From Promethearchaeota archaeon (GTDB lineage Archaea; Asgardarchaeota; Thorarchaeia; Thorarchaeales; Thorarchaeaceae), in NCBI GenBank assembly GCA_027031765.1, contig JALVPN010000080.1, positions 1 through 15,234 on the forward strand: DNA of 15,234 nucleotides. The letters run 5' to 3'. How positions within the stretch are numbered: position 1 is the stretch's first letter; the number at the start of each line of letters is the position of its first letter. Under the pieces are notes generated by a model. The model made no database searches and had not been told where the DNA came from. It worked only from the letters and a program-made list of their open reading frames with translations. The position numbers were made by a program, and so were the translations under genes. This document shows, in pieces, positions 7,109 through 14,739 of the stretch.

Positions 7109-10039
7109 ATGACCATGACTGACGCCGCCTCAAGTGTACCCTCCGAGGAGAACGCCTACCACGCCATTCCCCTAGAAGAGCTGCTCCGGGTGCTACGTGT
7201 CGACCCGACGACCGGCCTTCCTCAGGACGAGGTGAGGACGAGACTGGCCCAGTATGGCCCGAACAGTATCCCAAAGGTGAAGGGCTCATTCTGGAAGGTC
7301 TACCTCGCACCAATCCTGAACTGGCTGATCAACATCTATCTTGTGAGCTCCTTCGCACTCGTCATCATTGCATGGCTGTTCCCTATGCTTGAGGCCACCT
7401 CCGAGAACCCCATGGCCCAGGCTGGCTTCTGGCTCAGCATTGTAGCCGTAAACTGCCTTGTCGCCATATTCCAGCAGTTCAGGGCCCAGAAGAAGCTCGA
7501 GGCCCTTGAGAAGCTCTCTGCAGGGGAGGCCCGCGTGCTCAGGGACGGTGTCGAGAAGAAGGTGAACCCCGAAGAGATTGTACCCGGGGACATCGTGAAG
7601 CTCGAACAGGGCGACCGGATCCCCGCCGACGCGCGCATCATCACTGCCACCAACCTGACCACAAATGAGGCTTCGCTGACTGGTGAGAGCGTCCCCTCGG
7701 TGAAAGATGGGTCAGCTGTTGTGGCACCGGATGCAGCCCTCTCCGACCGTGCCAACATGGTCTTCTTCGGTACGTACGTGTCCACAGGCACCGCCACCGT
7801 GGTGGTGGTCGTCACAGGCGGCCGCACAGAGATTGGCAAGATACAGGGCGAGCTCGAGTCATTGAACACAGGGGACATCCCACTGCGCAAGAAGGTCAAC
7901 CTCCTCGCAAAGTACCTCGGCATAGCTGCACTCATCCTGCTGTTCACATCTTTCCTATGGGTGGTCGTCTTTGGCCCGCTGCTACATGGCGAGCCACTCG
8001 ACCTTGACACCACCGTCATCGCATGGCGCATGTCACAGGCCATCACCAGCGCCATGATGATTATGCCCATCAACATCCCGCTCCTCACAACCATCGTGCT
8101 CCTCACCGGCGTCCTCGCAATGGCACGGGAAGGGGTCATCATCAGGGACCTCTCCGCAGTGGAGAGCCTTGGCCGTGTCAGTGTCATATGCTCTGACAAA
8201 ACAGGCACCATGACCCGCAACCAGATGACCGTGAAGTTCTGCTGGGACACTGAGAACCTGTACTACATCACAGGCGATGGGTACGAGCCGAAGGGCGAGA
8301 TTTTCCGGCTCAAGGAACCGTCCGTACTGGACAAGGTCGATGCGACCGACAGGGTCCGCGTCACGGATGTCCTCGGCTGGAAGGGCCTGTACAGACTGAT
8401 CACGTCAGGTGGCATCAACAACGACGCGGAACTCACCGTGAGGGACATCCCCGGACAGGGCACGGTGTGGATGCCGATTGGAGACCCGACCGATGCAGCA
8501 CTCCTGACCCTGTTCCGCAAGAGTGGTCTCGACGAGCAGGAGCTCCGTGGGCGTTTCAAGGTCGTAAAGGAGTTCCCCTTCGACTCAGAGCTCAAGCGCA
8601 TGTCCAAGGTCTGTGAGGACGGCGACGAGTTCATCGCGTTCGTCAAGGGCGCCACAGAGGTCATACTACCACGGTGCACCATGAAGAACGCCCCCGGCCG
8701 TCCTGTCCCCCTCACCTCTGACGACATCGCTGAGATAGAGGCCCTGTCCACGGCATTCGCCGCGAAGGGCTATCGAGTGATATCAGTGGCCTACCGTCAG
8801 CTCAGGCGCGTCCCTGAAGGGCCCAGTGCACGTGACGTGGTCGAGAACGACCTGGTCTACCTCGGCTTCACATGCCTAGTCGACCCACCACGCGAGGGTG
8901 TCCGGGAGGCTGTCAACGCATGCCACAGTGCTGGCATCGAGGTGGTCATGATCACCGGCGATGCAGCAGCCACCGCCAAGACGATTGCCCGCGACCTGAA
9001 CAGCCGCGACGAGGACTCCCTCGTGGTGGAGGGCAGCCAGATCGAGTCGCTGAGTGAAGAGGACTTTGCTCGCGTCAACGTGTTCGCCCGTGTGAACCCT
9101 GCGCACAAGCAGGTCATCGTTGAGAGGTACCAGCGACTGGAGAAGGTCGTCGCAATGACCGGTGATGGTGTCAATGACGCCCTCGCCCTCGCAATGAGCG
9201 ATGCCGGGATTGCAATGGGGATTACGGGCACCGATGTCGCAAAGGAGGCAGCAGACCTTGTGATCACCGATGACAGCTTTGCCTCCATCGTCACCGGGGT
9301 GCACCAGGGCCGTGGCCTCTTCAGCAAGATCCGCAACATGATATACTTCTATGTGTCAATCAACCTCTTTGAGAGCATCCTGTTCTTCGGTGCACTGTTC
9401 CTCCTACCACCGTACTTTGTGTTCCTTGAGACCTGGCAGAAACTCTACCTTGTCGGTACCAGCCATGTCTTCCCGGGCCTCGCACTGGTGTTCGACAAGA
9501 CGTCACCGCACGCCATGGAAGAGAAGCCGCGCGACAGCGAAGAGATCATCACACGGCCCATTGCAGAGTTCATGGCCCTGCACGTAGTCCTCATGGCCGC
9601 CGGTGCTGCGACCGTGTACTTCCTGACCCTCACCGGTTTCATGGGCATCGTCGACATCTATCCCGGGAACCTCACCGGCTACTATGGCGGGATGGTCGAT
9701 GCACGGATGAAGGCTGCGGTCATGCTACTGACGGTCATCCTCTTGGTAGAGAGCTGGGTCGTCCTCATAATCCGCCGGATGAACATGCCGATGTCAAAGG
9801 CCCTGCGCGAGCCCGGCTATAGGCTCTACGTGGTACTGATAGGCCTGATATACGTGGCCCACCTCCTGCTCATGTATGTCCCCCTGGTACAGGCCATACT
9901 GGCAGTCTACGGCCTTGAGTTCTTCTTTGTCCCACTGACGCTCTGGGACTGGACGGTGTGCATTGTTGCTGTCGTCCCTGTGGTCATCGGCATGGAGGCC
10001 TACAAGAAGTACCTGCGCTCACGCGACGTGACCCTGTAG
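7109..10039 (+). CDS. P-type ATPase with a type II (SERCA-like) scaffold, 10 TM helices and non-canonical transport-site residues
   Basis: GDRIPAD, NEASLTGES (7679-7690), CSDKTGT (Asp363, 8195), GDPTDAAL, FDSELKRMS, KGATE, DPPR, MITGD, FARVNP and TGDGVND are all present. M4 reads PINIP, M5 SINLFE, M6 VGTSHVFP. Confidence 0.95.
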   Translation: MTMTDAASSVPSEENAYHAIPLEELLRVLRVDPTTGLPQDEVRTRLAQYGPNSIPKVKGSFWKVYLAPILNWLINIYLVSSFALVIIAWLFPMLEATSENPMAQAGFWLSIVAVNCLVAIFQQFRAQKKLEALEKLSAGEARVLRDGVEKKVNPEEIVPGDIVKLEQGDRIPADARIITATNLTTNEASLTGESVPSVKDGSAVVAPDAALSDRANMVFFGTYVSTGTATVVVVVTGGRTEIGKIQGELESLNTGDIPLRKKVNLLAKYLGIAALILLFTSFLWVVVFGPLLHGEPLDLDTTVIAWRMSQAITSAMMIMPINIPLLTTIVLLTGVLAMAREGVIIRDLSAVESLGRVSVICSDKTGTMTRNQMTVKFCWDTENLYYITGDGYEPKGEIFRLKEPSVLDKVDATDRVRVTDVLGWKGLYRLITSGGINNDAELTVRDIPGQGTVWMPIGDPTDAALLTLFRKSGLDEQELRGRFKVVKEFPFDSELKRMSKVCEDGDEFIAFVKGATEVILPRCTMKNAPGRPVPLTSDDIAEIEALSTAFAAKGYRVISVAYRQLRRVPEGPSARDVVENDLVYLGFTCLVDPPREGVREAVNACHSAGIEVVMITGDAAATAKTIARDLNSRDEDSLVVEGSQIESLSEEDFARVNVFARVNPAHKQVIVERYQRLEKVVAMTGDGVNDALALAMSDAGIAMGITGTDVAKEAADLVITDDSFASIVTGVHQGRGLFSKIRNMIYFYVSINLFESILFFGALFLLPPYFVFLETWQKLYLVGTSHVFPGLALVFDKTSPHAMEEKPRDSEEIITRPIAEFMALHVVLMAAGAATVYFLTLTGFMGIVDIYPGNLTGYYGGMVDARMKAAVMLLTVILLVESWVVLIIRRMNMPMSKALREPGYRLYVVLIGLIYVAHLLLMYVPLVQAILAVYGLEFFFVPLTLWDWTVCIVAVVPVVIGMEAYKKYLRSRDVTL

Positions 10040-10070
10040 CCTGACTGTGACGGACCTCAACAGTGGTGTC

Positions 10071-12026
10071 ATGACCGTGACACAGCTCGGTCCTGTGGAG
10101 CTACCACCTCCTACACTCCTACTCGCAGTGGTCCTGTGCCTGACGGTCATTGCCACGCTCATCGCATGGGCGTACCGAACGCGTCAGCACCAGGTGGCCG
10201 TCCTTGAGAGACTGCTGTCCCAACAGGCCGTTGTCACACTGCCGGAGCTCGCTCAGGCCCTCAGTTCGCCACGCCTGGACCGCCGGACGCTGGTTTCCAT
10301 CGCCCACCAGTGTGGGGCCGCCCTGCTCAGCGTCGGCTCATCAAAGGTGGTCTCACGGCCCCTCCTCCGACAGAGGTTACACCACCTGCTCACAGAAGAT
10401 GCAGTGGTCCACGTGTCCCGCGTGGCCGACCAGTACGACATCCCTGACGGCGTGGTGGCAGCCCTCGTCGAGGACATCGCAGAGGCGGAGCGTCTGGACG
10501 TCGTGCGCACAACAGATGGCGACTACATCTTCGTCCCAGACCTCAAGGCCCGTATCCGGGATGTGCTCGCCTTGCACGGCCGTGTCGACCTGGCATCCGA
10601 GGCACAGCGCATGCGGGTGGGTGCTGACGACCTCCTTGGGCTTGTCCAGCGCTGGGGGTGGCGCCTGCTCGAGACCGACAATAACGTGGTGTTCTCCGCC
10701 GACTGGCTCAAGGACACCCTGAGTCGCATTGTTTCCAGAGCCGGCCACCTTGACATCGGGGCCGCAGCCGAAGAGATTGGGGTCACCCGACTGGAACTGA
10801 TGCGGTTCATCCGAGACCTGGGATGGGAAATGGTGACCACAGACGATGGCCACTGGGTGCCCAGGAGCGTCCTGCTCAGCTCCCTGCGGTCAGAGCTGTC
10901 TGCCGGCCGTCCCATGCAGTATGGGGCGCTGGCCACAGCACTGGCGGTGGACCGGAAGACCCTGGAAGACCTCCTGGATGACCTTGAGGAGGAGCTCGAG
11001 GTGGTGCGCACCAGTTCCCACGTGTTCTCTGCCGTGTACCTGCGTCAGAGGCTTGCTGGGGAGCTACAACGCAAGGGCAAGGTCGACCCGGAGGAGGTTG
11101 CCCGCCGCTATGGTGTTGCCGCTGACAGTATTGTCGGGGCGATGCGCGGCCTCCCGGACACGAGAGTGGCGAAGAGTGGGACCGTGGTATATCTCCCGGC
11201 CCTCCGTAAGTGGGTCACCGACCGGGCGCTCCGAAAGGGTATCATCACCGCCCGCGACGCTGCCTGGTGGGGCCTGTCACAGGTCGAGATGTCCTTCCTC
11301 CTGAAACGGTTCGACCTGCGCTTCATCCTCTCAAGAGGGGGCGACTGTATTGCTCTCGCGTGGGTCAACCGGTATGTGGAGTCGGAGATCAACGCAGGGC
11401 GCACAGTGGACGTCGAGTCGTTGGCCAGCCGCTTTGATATTGAGCCTGGAGTCGCTGAGGCACTCCTGTCCCAGGTCGAGGCCGACGCGGTCTTTACAAG
11501 AACGGGCAGACTGGTGCCGCGACAGCAGCTGGTCAAGGAGCTGTCATCCACCCTCGACCGTTCGGGCTTCATCGACCCTACAACTACCGCCCAGGCCCTC
11601 GGACTGGAGCCCTCGGTGGTCTCTCACATCGTCGAGTCGCTCAGCCAGCACCCGCTGCGTACGCGCGCTGGGAACTACGTCACAGAAGAGGCCATCCTAC
11701 GTCGTGCACGCTGGCATCTCGACAACAAAGGGTTCTACGATGTCCATGCATGGGCCGTGCACCTCGACATCGAAGTGGAGGAACTGTTGGGCGTCCTGTC
11801 CCCTGTACTGAGACCTGGCGAGCACTTTGTGGGCCCTGCTGGCCTCCTGGTAACAGACGAGTTCGTGGCATCCCTCCGCCGACTGGCACGCCGCCCTAAT
11901 GGACTCCCTGTGACCACTCATGCAAAGCACCTTGGGATGCGGCGTGGGGCGCTCATGGCACTGCTGCGTGACAGCGTGGAGGGGAAGTACGAGTCGCGCT
12001 CTGACAGGTACGTGTCGAGCACCTGA
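10071..12026 (+). CDS. Single-pass membrane protein with ~11 tandem winged-helix-like repeats (UFL1/DDRGK1-like)
   Basis: One TM helix (TLLLAVVLCLTVIATLIAWAY) followed by repeats of about 55 aa: helix - G-x-[VIL]-[DT] - helix - helix - beta hairpin (T-x-D/x-G-x-[YVW]-[IV]). Start at ATG 10071 (or GTG 10047), 31 nt after the ATPase stop. The repeats are visible in the sequence; the family assignment is inference. Confidence 0.8.
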   Translation: MTVTQLGPVELPPPTLLLAVVLCLTVIATLIAWAYRTRQHQVAVLERLLSQQAVVTLPELAQALSSPRLDRRTLVSIAHQCGAALLSVGSSKVVSRPLLRQRLHHLLTEDAVVHVSRVADQYDIPDGVVAALVEDIAEAERLDVVRTTDGDYIFVPDLKARIRDVLALHGRVDLASEAQRMRVGADDLLGLVQRWGWRLLETDNNVVFSADWLKDTLSRIVSRAGHLDIGAAAEEIGVTRLELMRFIRDLGWEMVTTDDGHWVPRSVLLSSLRSELSAGRPMQYGALATALAVDRKTLEDLLDDLEEELEVVRTSSHVFSAVYLRQRLAGELQRKGKVDPEEVARRYGVAADSIVGAMRGLPDTRVAKSGTVVYLPALRKWVTDRALRKGIITARDAAWWGLSQVEMSFLLKRFDLRFILSRGGDCIALAWVNRYVESEINAGRTVDVESLASRFDIEPGVAEALLSQVEADAVFTRTGRLVPRQQLVKELSSTLDRSGFIDPTTTAQALGLEPSVVSHIVESLSQHPLRTRAGNYVTEEAILRRARWHLDNKGFYDVHAWAVHLDIEVEELLGVLSPVLRPGEHFVGPAGLLVTDEFVASLRRLARRPNGLPVTTHAKHLGMRRGALMALLRDSVEGKYESRSDRYVSST

Positions 12027-12164
12027 CACTGCTCGTGGTCCAGCGGCCGGCTGACCGGACACGGAGGGCGCACTGCATACTGGGCCCCGGGACATCCGCC
12101 CGGGTCACCGCACACACATGACTACCTATTATTCATGTTCATGGTAGTCCGCCTAGGAACTGCA

Positions 12165-12170
12165 TATATA
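12165..12170 (+). promoter_or_regulatory. Putative TATA box for panB
   Basis: TATATA about 35 nt upstream of TTG 12205. A 7-bp inverted repeat GACTACC/GGTAGTC (12120-12126 and 12143-12149) lies just upstream. Confidence 0.45.
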
Positions 12171-12204
12171 CGTCGCATGCGGTCTGCCCGGTTGGGTTCA
12201 CGAA

Positions 12205-13056
12205 TTGGCCAGAAAGACGACCTACCGCATACGGCAGATGAAGAAGAAGGGCCGCAAGATTGTGATGCTGACGGCCTACGACGCCCCGACAGCACGCATC
12301 CTGAGCGAGTGCGGCGTCGACATCATTCTGGTAGGCGACTCTGTGGGCAACTCCCTCTTGGGCTACGAGAGCACGGTGCCTGTCAAGCTCTCTGATATAG
12401 TCCACCACTGTGCTGCCGTCGCCCGTGCCCGGCCCGACAGCCTTATCGTCGGTGACATGCCGTTCATGTCGTATAAGGTCAGTGTCGAGCAGGCACTGGA
12501 GAACTGTGGCAGGATGCTACAGGAGGGTGGTGCCGAGGCCGTCAAGCTGGAAGGCGCAGGCCGTGTGGTCGAAACGGTGCGTGCAGTCGTCGATGTGGGC
12601 ATCCCGGTGATGGGACACATAGGCCTCACCCCACAGTCAATATACGCGTTCGGGGGCTACCGCGTCCAGGGCCGCACCCATGACGCAGCAGCGGCCCTTG
12701 TCGAACAGGCCCTCGCCCTCCAGGATGCCGGCGTCTTCTCCATCGTCATCGAGCTCGTCCCGGCCGAGACCGCGCGCATGATTACTGAGGCCGTCGACGT
12801 ACCCACCATAGGCATCGGCGCGGGCCCCTACTGCGATGGTCAGGTGTTGGTCCTCTGGGACATGCTCGGCCTCTTCGAGGACTTCAACCCCAAGTTCCTG
12901 AAGAAGTATGCCAACGTCGGGGCCATCATACGTCAGGCTGTCTCTGAGTACGCCCGCGAAGTGCGTGAGGGGGCGTTCCCGACTGAGGAGCACAGCTTTG
13001 AAATGGCCGACTCAGAGTCGGGTCGCCTGTATGGACGCACCGCCGGGGACAACTAG
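12205..13056 (+). CDS. panB: 3-methyl-2-oxobutanoate hydroxymethyltransferase (ketopantoate hydroxymethyltransferase)
   Basis: KIVMLTAYD, ILVGDSVG, IVGDMPFMSY, AVKLEGA, PVMGHIGLTPQS, IVIELVP, TIGIGAG, DGQVLV and PKFLKKY are diagnostic PanB motifs. Confidence 0.97.
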   Translation: MARKTTYRIRQMKKKGRKIVMLTAYDAPTARILSECGVDIILVGDSVGNSLLGYESTVPVKLSDIVHHCAAVARARPDSLIVGDMPFMSYKVSVEQALENCGRMLQEGGAEAVKLEGAGRVVETVRAVVDVGIPVMGHIGLTPQSIYAFGGYRVQGRTHDAAAALVEQALALQDAGVFSIVIELVPAETARMITEAVDVPTIGIGAGPYCDGQVLVLWDMLGLFEDFNPKFLKKYANVGAIIRQAVSEYAREVREGAFPTEEHSFEMADSESGRLYGRTAGDN

Positions 13057-13271
13057 TCCTGCTCGACAACCTCGTTCAGGGCCTTCACTAGGGCCTCCGG
13101 CGAGATCCCGTGCGCAATGGCGCCGTCCTCAATGTTCTCGTACCGGGCCACTGCACACCCGTAACAGTGCAGCCCCCACTCCATGAACGTGGCTGCCGTC
13201 TGCGGCCATCGCATCACTACTTCTGCTATCGTCATCTCTTTCGTGATCTTCGGCTTGGTCTCGGTCTCCAT
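13053..13271 (-). CDS. DUF1858 / hybrid-cluster-protein-associated redox disulfide domain protein
   Basis: ITKEMTIAEVV..WP....F...GLHCYGC....E.IEDGAIAHGI....LVKALN pattern with CxxC. GGTGAGG lies upstream of the ATG. Its stop codon overlaps the panB stop (CTAG, 13053-13056). Confidence 0.88.
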   Translation of the reverse strand: METETKPKITKEMTIAEVVMRWPQTAATFMEWGLHCYGCAVARYENIEDGAIAHGISPEALVKALNEVVEQD

Positions 13272-13288
13272 GTCCTCACCTACTGGTC

Positions 13289-13322
13289 ATTAACAATTGT
13301 GAATAGGGGTTACATCTTTTAA
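13289..13322 (-). promoter_or_regulatory. TATA box (TTAAAA) plus a 16-bp operator-like palindrome upstream of the DUF1858 gene
   Basis: Minus-strand TTAAAA at 13322-13317. Palindrome ATTAACAATTGTGAAT at 13289-13304 has 7 of 8 pairs matching. Confidence 0.5.
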
Positions 13323-13424
13323 CCCTTTCTGTTGGGAACTGCGGGGCGGTGTGGGTACGCCACGTGTCCTCCCTGCCCGTCAGTGCAGTCCCCGCCTGCT
13401 GCTGTCGGTCTGTGTCCGCCGGGT

Positions 13425-14573
13425 TCATCTGCGTATCTCTTCCCTGAGCCTTGAGGCCGAGAACTCATGGACGCGCTCCCTGGCCTCCTCGCGGGCCTCC
13501 CTGTGATGTTCCATGAACTCGACCACCCTTGGTGCCAGCATCTGTTTGCACTCGCCACACAGCAGTTCGCCGCCCCTGCACTTGCGCTCCAGCTCTGCCA
13601 GTTCCCTGTCGTTGGGCATGAAGATGAACTTGAAGAAGCTGAACACCGAGCACACCTCAGGGACACCACCCATCTCTCTCTGCTCCTTGACGGTCGTCCT
13701 CCCGCCAGTGAATGCTGCCATGATCTTCTTCCGGATGAGTGCTGGTGTGTCGGTTGTGTACACACCTGACATCGGGTCTGAGGACGACATCTTTCCGCCC
13801 TCCAGCAGTCCGGGGACGAACTTGCTGAGGACTGTGGCGGGCTTGTAGTAGCCGATCTTCTCGGCCACGTCCCGGGTCACCCGCCAGTGTGGGTCCTGGT
13901 CGATGGCGCAGGGGATCAGGCACGGTGTCCTCTCACCCGTGAGCCACGAGTGCAGGAATGCTGGCACGGCCTGGATGCTCGGATAGAAGATGCCACCGAT
14001 GTTCATACTGTTGTCGAACCCGAACACAGCACGGGCAGTGGAGAACGTGACCCGCTTCGCCACCTGGACTGCAATCTCATACATCAGGTCTATGTGCTCA
14101 ACATCACGCAGGATGAATGTCTTCTCCGGGTCAAAACCAATGGCAATTATGTCGAGGATGTTCTCGTCTGCGAGCTGCTGGACCTTCTCGAAGCTCAGAC
14201 CCTGCTCGAACCAGAACTTCTCATCGTTCGTGATCTGGAAGTACAGTCGCGTGTCGAAGGAGTCCTGGAGCCACTTCGTGAACAGCCATGGCACCAGGTG
14301 TCCGAGGTGTACCTCCCCGCTGGGGCCACGGCCGGTGTACAGGGTGAACTTGACGCCCCTGTCATACATGTCGAGGACCCAGTCCAGGCCCCGGTGTGAG
14401 AAGAACAGCTCCCTCTCCAGCAGGAAGTGGCTGCCGCCCGCCGCCCGGGTGAGCCGTTCCCGTAGCTGCGGTGTTATGAGTTGTGTCCCAAACTGCTCGA
14501 CCAGTCGGTCGTAGTCTACCTTACCGCGGACTTCCCACGGTGTCACGACCATCTCGTCATTGTCCTCTGACAT
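13425..14573 (-). CDS. trpS: Tryptophanyl-tRNA synthetase, archaeal/eukaryal type
   Basis: VTPWEV, YTGRGPSGEVHLGH (HIGH), QITNDEK, IPCAIDQDPHW, KMSSS and AFTGG. Likely start is ATG 14573 (MSEDNDE, 382 aa); TTAATT at 14649-14644 is a candidate TATA box. Confidence 0.97.
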   Translation of the reverse strand: MSEDNDEMVVTPWEVRGKVDYDRLVEQFGTQLITPQLRERLTRAAGGSHFLLERELFFSHRGLDWVLDMYDRGVKFTLYTGRGPSGEVHLGHLVPWLFTKWLQDSFDTRLYFQITNDEKFWFEQGLSFEKVQQLADENILDIIAIGFDPEKTFILRDVEHIDLMYEIAVQVAKRVTFSTARAVFGFDNSMNIGGIFYPSIQAVPAFLHSWLTGERTPCLIPCAIDQDPHWRVTRDVAEKIGYYKPATVLSKFVPGLLEGGKMSSSDPMSGVYTTDTPALIRKKIMAAFTGGRTTVKEQREMGGVPEVCSVFSFFKFIFMPNDRELAELERKCRGGELLCGECKQMLAPRVVEFMEHHREAREEARERVHEFSASRLREEIRR

Positions 14574-14709
14574 TGCTGTGTCCTTCTTCTGAGTGCTCTT
14601 CGGTGCACTGGACGACCGTCCGTCATCTCCCACTGCGTCGTACAATTAAGCGTGCTGGTCTCAGGCACAGCACTGCCCTCCTCTCTCGGTCCTCCCTTCC
14701 CACAGGGCT

Positions 14710-14739
14710 GCGCTGCTGTCAGGGAGCGCGCTGCTGTCA
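14710..14739. repeat. 12-bp direct repeat, two copies
   Basis: GCGCTGCTGTCA at 14710-14721 and 14728-14739, separated by GGGAGC. Confidence 0.6.

Noticed and set aside
7336-9339. Long antisense ORFs (7336..8250, 8263..8751, 8857..9339) and similar shadow ORFs across the window
   Set aside because: They overlap well-supported genes, are Ser/Arg/Pro/Thr-rich with no motifs, and are expected from GC-rich codon bias.
7109-10039. Plain annotation as a Ca2+-ATPase, P4 flippase, P3A proton pump or P5 ATPase
   Set aside because: It lacks PEGL and the M6 Asn/Asp (Ca2+), has TGES rather than DGET (P4), lacks the M6 Asp (P3A) and lacks PPxLP (P5).
13053-13056. Convergent stop codons of panB and the DUF1858 gene sharing CTAG
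   Set aside because: The overlap is real, but this arrangement is common in compact prokaryotic genomes.
13290-13314. Rex operator (TTGTGAA half-site)
   Set aside because: The half-sites are in the reverse order with no 4-nt spacer, so it is kept only as a generic palindrome.
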